Below are positions 1 through 12,349 of a DNA stretch of 64,000 nt, in pieces; positions within the stretch are counted from its first letter, which is position 1, and each line of letters starts with the position of its first letter. The stretch comes from Stegostoma tigrinum. Its lineage: Eukaryota. The position numbers and the translations under genes are program-made. The notes beneath the pieces were generated by a model that ran no database searches, was not told the origin of the DNA, and saw only the letters and a list, made by a program, of their open reading frames with translations. Location of the stretch: positions 56,276,588-56,340,587 of the forward strand of contig NC_081364.1 in the NCBI RefSeq assembly GCF_030684315.1. The letters are read 5' to 3'.

Positions 1-1520
1 TTCATGCTGGAGTTCCTTGCATACCCTTTGTAGCAAAATTCATTGGTCAGAAAGGATTCTTAGCAAGTTCCAAATGCAGTGTTCAGCAATTGCTACAAAA
101 CGAAAGATAAAAAGTGGAACAAAATTGGCATTTTTAAAAACTGAAACATCAGCCATGGAAGCCTGGCCTATATCATATAGAATTGCTAAAAAAAGTAACC
201 TGCCCATCTGCTCTATCGAGTTAGTATATCCTGAAACACACTGCAGTGCCATAATTGAACATTCTGCTCAGGCATCTAATGCAACTGCCTAAACAAAGTC
301 TGTTTTCACATCTCTAAACATCTTTTCCTTCTATAAAATGTCACCATAAATAAATACAGCGAAATATATTCAGCTTATCTACTTAGCCGCAGCAGGTCAT
401 AATTAACTTTGTATTTTGAAATTTGGTTCACATAGACAGACATATGCACAACAGGATAGCAGCTGATATATTGAAAGATTATAGTTGCCTGAAAAATTGT
501 CTCCATAAATTAGAACATTATATAACAGGATTTAGTACCTACATTTCAATTATCTCCTTGATCTAGACATAAAATATGTATCAACACCAAAATCTGCTGA
601 AATTGTATACTTTCTGATCAAAGAAAACTAATAGAATAAAATAACCTGCTAAGCTTGATTAAGCGACCATGTATGCAGTTAATGCTAAAAACAAAAACAA
701 TAAATAAATAAATAAATGTCTGCCTCTGGTGAAGAATCTAATCATTATGCTGTTCTGGACCCGAGAGCAAATCATTCCATTCCGTTCACCTCCGGAATTA
801 CAAAGAATGGTGCTGAGTAATTTCATCTCCATTTAATTTATTAACACTCACAGTTTACCAAGTATGACTGCAGCGTTCCTTCATTGTGTTAAATTCATGC
901 AAACTCTTAAATATTGGAGAAAAAGAGAGTGTTTTCTTCAGTTTTGACTGATGGTATGCGATTTACAAACTTCCCTCGCAAGATTTTCTTGGCTTTTGGA
1001 ATCCATGGAGGATCCAAAAGGGAGGAAAAATGAAATTACCAGGTCAAACTGCCTGCTTGTGAGTGGTGTTCAACTTGTGGGAGTTTCTGCTTCCTGGTTT
1101 TTATACAGGGCTAATAACCCAGAGGCCATGATCAATAGATAAGCAGGTAAGAGTTCAAATCCCACCACAGCAGCTGGGGAATTTATATTCACACAGTTAA
1201 ATCAATCTAGAATAAAATGCAAGCATTAGTAATGATGATTCTGAGATTAAATATACACATTGATCTGTTCTCTAAAATGCACTTCAGAGAAGGAAATCTA
1301 CCAATCTTATCCATTCTGGCCTACAGCAAAGTAGTTGACTCTCCTTCTGAAATAATTTTGAGTATTCACTTGCAAAGCCAAGAGAATTAAGGACCTGGCA
1401 TCAACCGAAGCACCAGACAAGACAGAATAAAGCCTAAACCTAGTCTACCTATAAAGTCTCTGCATGTAAGTGAGGAGGACAACTGACTGAATTGGCTGTG
1501 CCATGCACTAATCAAGCCAG

Positions 1521-1714
1521 TGATAATGGGAACTGCAGATGCTGGAGAATCCAAGATAACAAAAAGTGTGAAGCTGGATGAACACAGCAGGCCAAGCAGC
1601 ATCTCAGGAGCACAAAAGCTGACATCAGATGAAGGGTCTAGGCCTGAAATGTCAGCTTTTGTGCTCCTGAGATGCTGCTTGGCCTGCTGTGTTCATCCAG
1701 CTTCACTTTGTTAT
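1521..1714. mobile_element. Penelope pseudo-LTR-derived fold-back mini-insertion (family A)
   Basis: About 70-bp inverted arms around a decayed hammerhead-like spacer. Direct repeat CACTAATCAAGCCAG at 1506-1520 and 1715-1729. Sequence matches the 3' end of the Penelope copy at 33090-33178. Confidence 0.9.
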
Positions 1715-1891
1715 CACTAATCAAGCCAGGCCTAGTTTACTCACAAAATGATATCAAAAAGCCCAGGGTCCCTTCATCAACATCCTTGGGTATGTCCTGT
1801 CCCACTAACAGGTGGTATTAGTCACGAGAGCACTGTCCCTAGAGTCATGGTGGATTCAATCCCCACCTGTCTCATGGTGTCAAATCAAACA

Positions 1892-2110
1892 AGATCAGAA
1901 ATCACATGACGCCAGGTTACAGGTCTATTTGAAAAACACAAACTCTTGGAGTCTTGGTCCTTCTTCAGGTGTTAGTCACCCAATGTCTAACACCTGAAGG
2001 ACTGAGGCTCGGAAGGCTTGGTGTTTTTCAACTAAACCTGTTGGACTGTAACCTGGGTGTCAAGTGATTTCTGACCTCGCCCACCCCAGTCCAACACTAG
2101 CACCTCCACA
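1892..2110. mobile_element. Fold-back mini-insertion of a second Penelope-like family (family B)
   Basis: Inverted arms: CAGAAATCAC...GTGATTTCTG outside and CTTCAGGTGTTAG/CTAACACCTGAAG at the centre. Extra tail on the right arm. Imperfect TSD TCAAATCAAACA 1880-1891 / TCAAGTCAAACA 2111-2122. Confidence 0.7.
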
Positions 2111-2249
2111 TCAAGTCAAACATGGGCAAAGAAACCTGCTGCCAATTACCGCTCTCCCATAGCTGATCGATCAGTACTCCATGTTACACACTGTTTGGAA
2201 GAAGTGCTGAGGGTAAAAGTGTACAGAATGGACTGTTACTTAAAATTAA

Positions 2250-3135
2250 ATTAGTGAGATGCGAACATCGCTGGCTGCCAAATGTTTATTGCTCATTCTG
2301 AGCTACTCTTGCTAAGGCGGTAGTGAGCTGTCTTCCTGAATCACTGCAGTCCATGTGCTGTGGGCTGATCCACAATGCTCTTAAGGAGGAAGTTCCAGGA
2401 CTTGGAGCAGCAACTGAAAGAATGGTGAAATATTTCCAAGGTCAGGATGGTGAGTGGCTTGGAAGGAAACTTGCAGGCCATGTTCCCTGTCCTTCTAGAT
2501 GGAAGTGGTCAAAAGTTTGGAAGGGGTTGTCTAACGTGCATCTTTGGTGAATTTCTACAGTTTATCTTGCAGATAGCACATGCCTGATGCTGCTGAGTGT
2601 TAGTGGTGGAGGGCATGTATGTTTGTGGACGTGGTGCCAATCAAATGGACTGCTTTATCTTGGATAATGTCAAGCTTCTTGAGCGTCGTTGGAGCTGCAT
2701 CCACTTAGGCAATTAGGGAGTATTCCATTACACTCTTGACTTGTGCCTTGTGAACAGTTGACAGGCTCTGTGGAGTTAGAAGGTGAGTTACTCATCACAG
2801 TATTCCTAGCTTCTGACCTGCCCTTGTAGTCACTATGTGGCGAGTCCAATTGAGTTTCCGGTCAATGGTAACTATCAACAATGTTGATGATGTTGATTTA
2901 GTGATGACAACACCATTGAAGTGTCAAGGGCTAGCGGTTAGATGATCCTCTCAATGAGAGGATCATCGCTTGACATTTGTGTGGTATGAATGTTACTTGC
3001 CACTTGTCAGCCGAAGTCTAGATATTGTTCAGCACAAGGGCTGGACAATGTTCAGTCATCAGCGAACATCTTCCGATCTGATGATGGAGAGGTCATTTGA
3101 TGGAGCAAATGAAAATGGTTGTCCCAAGGACTCCT
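2250..3135 (-). mobile_element. 3' part (RT C-terminus and 3'UTR) of an L2/CR1-group LINE
   Basis: Minus strand carries a degenerate RT C-terminal segment (...AQVKSVMEYSLIA*VDAAPTTLKKLDIIQDKAV...). The same 3'UTR recurs at 55290-55600. Confidence 0.65.
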
Positions 3136-3179
3136 GTGGTCTTCCTGGTGCTGGCGTCAGCGATATCACAGAATAGCCC

Positions 3180-3430
3180 CAGGGCTTCTAAAGTAATTGA
3201 TAGATTACTCCCAGTGCTACGGGCAAGCAAGTGCAAGAAAAGAAAAACAAGGCAGAAGAATGTGCGATAGGAAAGATGAGAGAGAGGGGAGAGGGTTTTA
3301 CATTTCTTGGACAGTGGGCCTGGTTCTGGATAGATGGCGTCTCCACAAAGCAAATGGATTGCATCTGAACTGTGCTGGTCTGAATTTTTTGCTGGGCATT
3401 TTACAGGTGCTCTTGAAGAGGTATTAATGG
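3180..3430 (+). mobile_element. CR1 LINE ORF1 remnant (SGNH esterase domain)
   Basis: ORF 3197-3427 ends ...DRWRLHKANGLHLNCAGLNFLLG, matching the DGLHLN block of CR1 ORF1 esterases. Confidence 0.7.
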
Positions 3431-4835
3431 TTTCTGTATGCTTTTCCTGGAAAAGATTAAACTGAAGGGAAAAATTAAGTGGTGATTATTATGAAAGGAC
3501 TAACTTCAAGTTTAAAAAAAATAAAATAGCACATCATGTTTTGTAAGACGAGTGCCTCTTCACATTAAGACTCTGATTTATCCTCTACCATTGCTAATTA
3601 GAAAGGTGTTTAGACTCAGTACAAAAAGAGGAGTATTGGTGACGGCACTCTATCCCAACTACAAGCTACCAGTAGTTTGTACCACAACATGGGACAGGAA
3701 TCAATAAAGTTGCTTGTTAAGGAAGCAATGCTTGTTCCCAGCTTGTGTACTAAGTAGATTCCCAGGAGAAAAGAAAGTTATAAAAAAGGGACTAAGCAGC
3801 TAAGGAGGACAACACAATGTCAAGATCCCAATTGTTCCCTTCAGTGCTGGGAATGTAATAGGATGATATTTTCAGTAGATAACGGAATTTATCTTTGAAA
3901 TGAATCTTCGCCATCTGCGGACTGCATTATTCCCCAGTTATCCATCACATCCCAAACCATGGTGAAAAACATCATCTTTGCAGCAATGCAAGGTGGTCAG
4001 CTTCACATTTTGTTTCTGTTGAACACAACATTATAACTGTGCTTTGAAAACATCTGGAGTCTTTTTGATCACCATAGAAGGCAAGAACCACAATTTTCAA
4101 GCCAGTTTTAGTTCCCAAAATTTTATTGAAACTTTTAGCAAATATGTAGCTCACTGACTTAGACAAAAATCAGTGAAATCTATAAATTGTTTCCTTAGAT
4201 AAAAGTCCCAAATATGTTGGCTTTATTTGGTTTTGCCTTCCCTATTGTGCACTGTGGACATTTCCTTTCTGTAAAAAGGAAAATACATAGCGATCCCCTT
4301 GTATTTTTCTTTGCTTTGGCTAGCAGTTCCTAGCTCTCTCACCAATCCCCCTGAGATTATATGCTTATTGTATAGGAGTGGCCACTTAAAAATCTCTAGA
4401 TTACATTTAAAGAAAGGTGCTTCAGCCTTGTTGAGTTAGTGGTGATGGTTTAAACCAGATCCTTCTCTTCTTTGATACCAGCTTGTATGACCAACCCTCA
4501 TTCAAATCATTAACATGGAGTGACATTTACATTAGAAAGTGGAACCTATTATCATTACAGGCACAGTCAAAATCCTGTTAAATTATTGGGAGCGCAAACA
4601 TTAAACATGTTTCACTCCACTACATCACCTATTCCTAGAGAGTACTTGATATTACTTGGTGTTACGTCAAGAGTGTGAGGAACACTAGAGTAATCGGTTA
4701 TCATTTAAGGAATTGACTTTATGATATTCTCTCTCCTTGGAAAGATTTACTTTGAACAATAGATTACAGCTTGAAACTGCAATATCTTTTATCAGCTTCG
4801 GAAAGATTACTAGATATTCGAATAAAGTAAAATTC

Positions 4836-5420
4836 CAATGCTGGTGAGGCCACACCTGGAGCACCATGTACGGTTTTGGCCTCCTTACTTGAGAGAGGAT
4901 GTGTTGACACTGGAGGGAGTGCACAGGAGATTCACTAGGTTGATTTTGCGAATTAAGAGGGCTGGCTTATGAGGAGAGATTGCATGAACTGTGACTATAC
5001 TCATTGGAATTTAGAAGAATTAAGCGAGGGTAGTCTTACAGAAATGTATAAAATTATGAAGGGACTAGATAAGATAGAAGCAGGGAGGTTGTTTCCACTG
5101 GTGGGTGAAACTGGAACTGAGGGGACATAACCTCTAAATAAAAAGGGGAATAGGTTTCGGACCAAGTTGAGGAGGAACTTCTTCATGTGAATCTGTGGAA
5201 TTCCCTGTCGAGTGAAGCTGTTGAGGAGGCCTTTTTGAATGTACTTAAGGCAAAGATAGATACATTATTGAACTGTAAAGGAATTAAGGGCTATGGTGAG
5301 CAGGGGTGGAAGGTAGGGGTGCAAAAGGATCTGAGTCCACAAAAAGATCAACCATGTTCTTATTAAATTGCAGAGCAGGCTCGATGGGCCAGATGGTCTA
5401 CTCCTGCTCCTGTTTCTTAT
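4836..5420 (+). mobile_element. CR1 (HER1-like) LINE 3' fragment
   Basis: LVRPHLE...LEGVHRRFTRL...YSLEFRR RT C-terminus, and 3'UTR ending CTACTCCTGCTCCTGTTTCTTAT. Paralogous to 56233-57186. Confidence 0.9.
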
Positions 5421-7199
5421 TATCTGCTTATTAAATCACTAAGCTAAAAAGTGAGACTAAAACAAGAAAAGAAAATTAGAAAACACAACAGAAAACTGGT
5501 TGGAATGTGGTGGAAGAGATTAGTGAGTGAGAATCTAAATGATTGTGGAGCTTAATCTGTGGAATGTGTTATGCCTAAAATGGTGGCTAGTCATCCTCCA
5601 ATCTGGAACAAGAACATATACTTTTTTTTCCAGGATCCAAGTGCCAGTCAAAGAAAAACAGCTTTGATATTTATGCAATGAAGCTCAAAAATTATAATCA
5701 AAGCGAATAATAAATTAAACTGAATGAAGAGCCACTAAATTAAGTACTTCTCTGCTTAATAATTCTTGATGAGCCTGTCAGCAAACATGCCATATTATTT
5801 ATTTATAAGCTAATCTTTATTTTAAATGTTACCTCTGATTATGATCGTATGAGCCTTGCTTTGTGTGGAACGTCTGTGTTAATCAAGGCATCCTGTCTGC
5901 CTGTCAGGAATATGCACAGCCCTGAACCAGTATTAACTCAATTTTTATGTAACTTCAACACTTTTTAATGGATGCCGCTCACTTAAAAAAAAATCGCACG
6001 GCTAATGGGAAAGCTGACAATGGTGTTGTGGCCTGGAATTAGGTGAATTAACTTCGATCAGTAAGGCATTTTTCACAATATAAATCACAGCACAGTTCAC
6101 ATCGAGTGGTGTCGTTTTGGGCATTTGAGTTATCATCCTGGTGCAGGAACTATTGTTGCCTATTGTACACTCATTTGAGAAACCGCTTCATGTTTACTTC
6201 CGTCCACAGTGCCCAGGTAACAAGTCCACCCAACGTCCAAATTGTCCAACCTACTGGGGAAAATCTTTGTGACCTCTCAGCACGTGTTGCTAACAAAATG
6301 TATTGAACTCAGTTTTTGTTTAACTGCACGTTCAATCCCATAGCATGAGCAAACAAATAAAGTCGACAGGCATTCAGTTTTTACAGAAATGAGCAAATGT
6401 GGATGATCATACTTCTGCTGTTTGACCCCACCTCTACTCAGAATATTCATCTCCTCCTGTCTATTTTATGAGACAAGGCACTTCTAAGTGTATGGAGGTT
6501 TAAAAAAAAGGAATGCAGTTAAATCATTGACATTTCTGTGAAATAAAGCCACACTATTATTATTTTCCAGCCGGGAATCAATCATGCATATTTAAAAAAT
6601 ATATATAATTGGTTTCAGTTCCTTTTAAAAAGGGTTTTCACAAGTGTGCTAGAGTATTTAAGGAATAAACAGAAAAAGACACAGGAATGAATATTCCCCA
6701 AGGAATGTCCTAACTGTTGCTATAGTTTAAATGCAAGAAAAAAAAGGGGAGAAATATTTTAAAAATCTTCCAGTGATTGCCAAATTTGCTTAACTGGAAA
6801 AGATCCTGTCGGTGGAGTATATAAATGGTTACACGTACACAAGTGGGCAGGCTCTCACACTCTCATTCTAACACGCACAAGTGTGCCGTAATCCATTACA
6901 TTATCTACCCTTGTGTTGTATTAATCACTTTGACTCACTTAGTCATGCTTTTATTACGGTCATATTACTAAATTACTAGTTTTGGTGGTGGTCTGCGTAC
7001 TTGGTTTGTCGCATGGTAGTGACATGTAACTTTGAAGAATAAAAACTGGTACCTTGGCCAAAGAACTGCATTGTGGGTGTGAGGACAAGTAAGCAGGGTA
7101 GAAAAGATATTGGTCAAAAGACTTTAAAAAACACTGCAAAGGATTTTTACTTTATAAAATGTGCTGAAGCTCTAGGAAAGCTATGGCACATTGTCACCA

Positions 7200-7700
7200 T
7201 GGAAACAAAACCTGACTCCTTTGATCCTATATTGAAGATTAATAATGGTGCGAGATATAACACCCTAGTTAACCACATGCATTGCTTAAGAATAGCCTTG
7301 AAAATGGAGCGCAGAGAAAGTGCATCTAGTAATAGATTTTACCTGGACAGGGTTATAAATTAAAAGCCAATTAAATAAGCTAAAACCAGATATTTCATGA
7401 CATGGCACATGGTCATGGTGATGAAAATGGTGTAAAGAAAATCTCAAAACAACTCGCTGCTGTAGCAGTCCCTCCTCCAACAATAGACCAGCAGATCTGC
7501 TGAGACAACAATCCTTGAGATGGAAGTACAGAGGGCCATATAAGGAGGCTCTCTGCAGAAAGGCAAGCCAGCTAAGAGATCTGGAAGGTAAATGAAACGG
7601 TAGAACGTACGTAGACTTGTTAATCATAAAGCAAACAATGATGAAATTACTTCTTTTAAAAAAGGAAGAAGTGGCTTCAGGGAATGTTATCCACGAAATG
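7200..7700 (+). mobile_element. Very old RTE-like LINE RT C-terminal remnant
   Basis: HMHCLRIALKMERRE...KTRYF and GRTYVDLL resemble the EMWCLRRILKISWRE...RYFGH...RTYID pattern of RTE elements. Confidence 0.35.
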
Positions 7701-8959
7701 AGTAATCTAGTAGTTGAAATGGAACAGTTGGAGGGGTTTGACTGACATATCAATCCCAAAAAGGACTATGAATAAATTTAACTTGGATAAAAGTCAGAAT
7801 GGCTGACAGGGATTAAAGAATGTTGTTGACAAAAAGACCCAGAAGTCATTAGTATTTGTACACAAGTCTTATTTCTGCTTACTTCATGGAACTATCTTAT
7901 GTGTGTATCCGCCTGCAAGTGTCAGCGGAAGTTCATTACCCATCTATGATCCAGTACTGTATATTTTAAAGCTGCTGTTTTGTCTGAGAAATGTCTCCAT
8001 ACAAAATTGGTCTAAATATTTCACCACAAAATGCATGTTCCAGTTGTTCAAAAGCAATTGTTTCATTTGAGAGACAGGAATTTCGAGGAGAATCCCCCTT
8101 GGATCAATGTGTAATAAAAGTCAAAGCTGGATAAATAGAAAAATGAAAGTGAAGTGAAAAAAAAAGAAACTCAAAGCCACTTTCTCTTCCTCCCTTCCTC
8201 TGTGGTGTTGTAAGAAATTGTTGTCGATTAGCATTTTAAAACATCTCTTTTAAAAAAAACAACAAATGTTGTTAAATAAAAATGATTATACAGGGATCGT
8301 GTGCAAGTGGGAAGATGCCTCCAATAGTGATATTAAGGGTGAATGTGGGAATGAGGTGAACATTATAGAAAGTTGGAGTTGCAGATTTGTTTGAATGTCT
8401 GGATGAAAAAGAGAGGATAAAGGTAACGTAACATAACTTGAGGGAATGTTAATAAATAAAAGAAATTTTTTTTTAAAGGCACAAGCCCTGGAATCATGTC
8501 TGCAGACCAGAAAGAAGATTCCAGAATATTGATATGCTTAGAATAGATATTTTTCCTTTATGTTTGATAATGCAAATCAGCATGTTTGGAGTGATTATGC
8601 TTAATCTTCTATTGGATCCACATTTGTGAAACAAATTAAAATTAGATACTGTTGATTTGAATTTGAATTTGAAAACAAATTGTGTTTGCCAAAGTGGGCT
8701 CAATTTGGACAACAAAAGATCATTTTAAGAAAACCAAAATATTCAAGAGAATTGACAGAAATCAAAAACACTTGATTTATAGGTGAGACAAAGAAATTGT
8801 GATAGCTAGTTTATTTCGAAAAACATTACAGATAAAAATAGAGGAAATAAATGTTTGGTAGTAATCCAAATTGAACTCAGAACTTGAAAATGGTTTAAGA
8901 ACAGAAACAAAAAGCCTATGTAAAATTTAATCCCTTCCTTCCAGTCAGGAGATGGAATG

Positions 8960-9680
8960 CTTGGTATCATCGTGCAGTGATAGGAATCTCTCCCTCACTG
9001 TCAACAAAACTAAAGAACGGATCATTGACTTCAGGAAGAAAAAGAAGAGGACATGCCTCTGTCTACATCAATGGAGCAGATGTGGAGAGTATCAAGAGTA
9101 GCAAGTTCCTCGGAATGACTAAAACCAACAATCTCTGTCCTGGACCTCCCACACAGATGCAACAGTCTAGAAAGCAAAACACTTCTTCCGCAGGAGGCTT
9201 AGGAAGTTTAGCACAACCGCAAGGACGTTCACCAAATTTTTACAGATGCACCACAGAAAGCTTTCTATCTGCGTGCGTAACAGTTTTATTATAGCGACTG
9301 CTCTGCCCAGGACCATCAGAAACTAGAGATTTTTGTACACAGCCCAGGCCATTTTGAAAGCCAACCTCCCGTCCATGGGCTCCATCTACATTTCTTGTGG
9401 CCATGAAAAGGCTGCCTATGAAGACCCCTCCCATCACAGTACTCTCTTTCTCCTCTTCCATCAGGCAGAGGATACAGAAGCTTAAGCATATATACTAACA
9501 GGTTCAAGAACAACTCCTCCCTCTCCCCCCCCCCCCCCCACCGCCCCCCACAGTTACTCGACTGCTGGATGGGCCTCTCAAATTTCAAATCTAATGTTAA
9601 TCTTGCTTATGTACACCTCCTGTTCGGCTGTAATCTTGTACGCTCCTTAGGTACACGTGACTAATAAATCAAATCAAATA
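8960..9680 (+). mobile_element. Rex1/Babar-clade LINE 3' fragment
   Basis: VYINGADVESIKSSKFLGM, NFYRCTTESFLS and LLPSGRGYRSL-like motifs. Ends AATAAATCAAATCAAAT. Confidence 0.8.
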
Positions 9681-9689
9681 CATAGTAGA

Positions 9690-10290
9690 TGGAGATTTTT
9701 TTAAAAACTGAGTTGGAAATAAAACCTTTGTTCAGGACAGGATTATGTTTGATTTGGAAGGGAGGACGAAAAACATTTAAATAAAAAAAAACTGCAACAC
9801 AGAAAAGGAACTTGAGAGGTACTGGTGCACAAAACACAGTTAGTACACAGGTGCAGCAGGTAATCAGGAAGTCTAATGGAATGTTGACCCTTATTTCAAG
9901 GTGTTTTTAGAGTGCAAGAGTGGGGAACTGCTTGCAACTGTACAAAGCATCAGTGAGACTATGTCTGGAGTATTGCGAATAGTTACGGTTCACGTGTGAC
10001 AAGATATATTGGAGGCAATTCTGATAAGGTTCACTCGGGTGATCCCTCGTGTAGAGAGATTGTCTTGTGAGCAAAGGTGAACCAGTTGGGACATTACTCA
10101 CTGGCGTTTGGAAGAAAGGTGAAACATAACATATCAAGAGGCTTGACAGGGTCAATACTGAAAGAATGATTCCACTATAAAAAAAAAGAGGAGCCTAGGA
10201 CTGAAGAGCAGAGTCCCAGAACTAAGGGGGGCCACATGAAGACTGAGATGAGAAGGACTTTATTCTCTGAAGAGTTGACTGTCTTTTCCA
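9690..10290 (+). mobile_element. Degenerate CR1 LINE RT C-terminal fragment
   Basis: QVQQVIRKSNGML...LQLYKASVRLCLEYC-like translation. Confidence 0.7.
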
Positions 10291-10294
10291 GAGA

Positions 10295-10705
10295 ACTGTG
10301 ACACTTCTGAATCAAAAAGTCCAAGGTTTACGTCCTACTGCAGAACGGAGTGTCAACATCTGGGCTGACAGCGTACCGCTGAGGAAGTACTGCATTCTTG
10401 GAGACACCAAGCAGAGGATGACTCTGACATTGGAGGTGGATTTAGAAGCTATCATGGTTCGATTTGTAAGGAGACCAAGTGGGTTATCTGAGCCAGGCCA
10501 ATAGTTGTCCCTTAAATCAATGTTACAAAAACAAAGATTATCAGGTCATTGTCACATTGCTGTTTGTGGTGGCAGTTTATCAAGCTCAGTATTGAGCTTT
10601 CACATCTCTTGTGATGTAACAGAGACTACACTTCAAAAAAATACATTGTTAGCTACAAAATGCTTTGGAGCTTTGTGGTCAAGAAGAGCATTATAAAAAT
10701 AGAAT
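10295..10705 (+). mobile_element. Deu-domain SINE (SacSINE1/AmnSINE1-like)
   Basis: Contains GATTATCAGGTCATTGTCACATTGCTGTTTGTGG and GACTACACTTCAAAAAAATACATTG...GCTTTGG, followed by an L2-like tail. A homologous copy lies on the minus strand at 58255-58690. Confidence 0.7.
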
Positions 10706-12159
10706 GCCTGCTCCCACCAGAATTTTCTGACAGCTGATGGAAGCACGTTTTCCTTAAACCTCTTTCCTCCCCTCCCTGCCATTGACCGTGCCCCCTCCAT
10801 TTGTCCCATGGCTCCTGGCTACTTCTTTTTGTCACTGCCTCATCTCCTGTACTCCTACTCCTCCACCTCACTCATATCATGATAACTCCAGCTCTGTTCC
10901 CTTGTGTGCCCCTCACCATCCCCTTCTTCCTTCCACCCCTACTCTCCATTCCTAAATGTACAGACCAACAACACAGGACATTGGAAATGCAGCAGGATGC
11001 CGGTTGTGCGACTCCACAACTTCAACGTCAGCTTTCCTGATCCTCGGCCTGGTGTTGGTCACCCAGCTCTACACCTTGCTATCTTCAATCTAAATACATT
11101 CCTAAAGTCTCCTATTGACTTCCGCACAGAACAAGAGTCCCTTTCATTACTTAAACTTGTGCAACATGCAACACAGCAAGCAGGTACCAGTTTGTTCAAC
11201 TGAAACAAACACGACCAATGTTCGTAAAGCCTAAATTTTATTGATCTGGTTTCCAGTTAGGTGTAGAGAAATGCACAGCGCTTTGGAAGTCAAGATTGTT
11301 TCACAAGAATTTTACCAGCTCACCCCACTGCAGGATCTGCTGCTCATAATGAAAATTGATGCCACCACCTTCTTTAAATGAGGGAATCAAAGGTGTGTCA
11401 TGTGACACAGGAAAACCACTTCCTGCTCAAACTGATGGGCATCATCTTGTAGTTAACAAGATTTAGTTTATTGCATATTAACTAGTTATGGGTTACCTTG
11501 ACATGCCAGACAGCTTTACTGAGACATTGATAAGACCAGGCGGCAGGACTCAATCCTAAAACATTCTGACCCCAAGCCCACATGCCATCATTTAGGTGGG
11601 TGATGCTTATTGGCTCTCTCTGGTATTAACCCTTTTGAACTGACTTATCCAACATCAACATATTTTGGTTGAGAGCCAAGAACTCAATGCAAATCACTGA
11701 GCTGCCTGTTTGGAACTCAAGTAGTTCATTTCACTTACCCCTCCATCTACAGAAGAAAAAGCTATGAGGAGTGCATGAAAATATTTTCAGTTTCCTTTCA
11801 AATCGTCTTCAAACTAAAAGTCAATGTTTTGGACAGATAAATCATGGGTATAATAGGCACAAGTTGCAATTGGTTAAGGACTGCACAGAACTAAAAACAA
11901 AAATGCGTAAAAAGAACTTTGTTATTCTGCGAGAAGTAGACCTGTTAATTTTAATTAAGGAAGTTGCTTGGAAATTGCTATCATGAGACATGAGGCTCCA
12001 ACACAAATATTGCAAATTTTTTCTATGTTTCATTTTGAACATAGGTAGATCAGAAGTGTGTTAACAAGCTAAATTTGATACAAATCTATCCAACAAAATA
12101 GAATGATGGATCATCTAGTGTGTGATCAGAGGGGTACGTTTTAAGGAGAACAGAACACA

Positions 12160-12310
12160 AGTTTGCCATCAACATCCTGGGGGCTCAACTGACCAGATGA
12201 ATGAATTGAATCTGCCACATAACTACAACAGCAAGTCAGATGCTGGGAATTCTGTGGTGAAGGACTCAACTCCTGTCTCTCCAAAGTCTGCCTGGCATCT
12301 AAAAAGGTTG
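12160..12310 (+). mobile_element. Short internal fragment of the same L2/CR1-group LINE as 2250-3135
   Basis: CAACATCCTGGGGGCTCAACTGACCAG...GCTGGGAATTCTGTGG resembles the reverse complement of 2780-2885. Confidence 0.5.
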
Positions 12311-12349
12311 GAGGAGACACTTTTGATAATCAAGCACAATGGATGGTGA

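Larger units (their letters stand above)
1085..2235 (+). mobile_element. 5' region (tRNA-like head, 5'UTR, degenerate AP-endonuclease) of an L2/CR1-group LINE, interrupted by two Penelope-derived fold-back insertions
   Basis: B-box-like GTTCAAATCCC near 1153. Downstream segments (GGTATGTCCTGTCCCAC..., CAAGTCAAACATGGGCAAAGAAACCTGCTG...) resemble the endonuclease region of a common shark LINE as I recall it. The host sequence continues across both TSD-flanked insertions. Confidence 0.55.

Noticed and set aside
6210-6216. 7-nt micro-exon CAG|TGCCCAG|GTAACA (and a 6-nt GTTCAG at 53131-53136)
   Set aside because: Such site pairs arise by chance, and there is no supporting gene context in the window.
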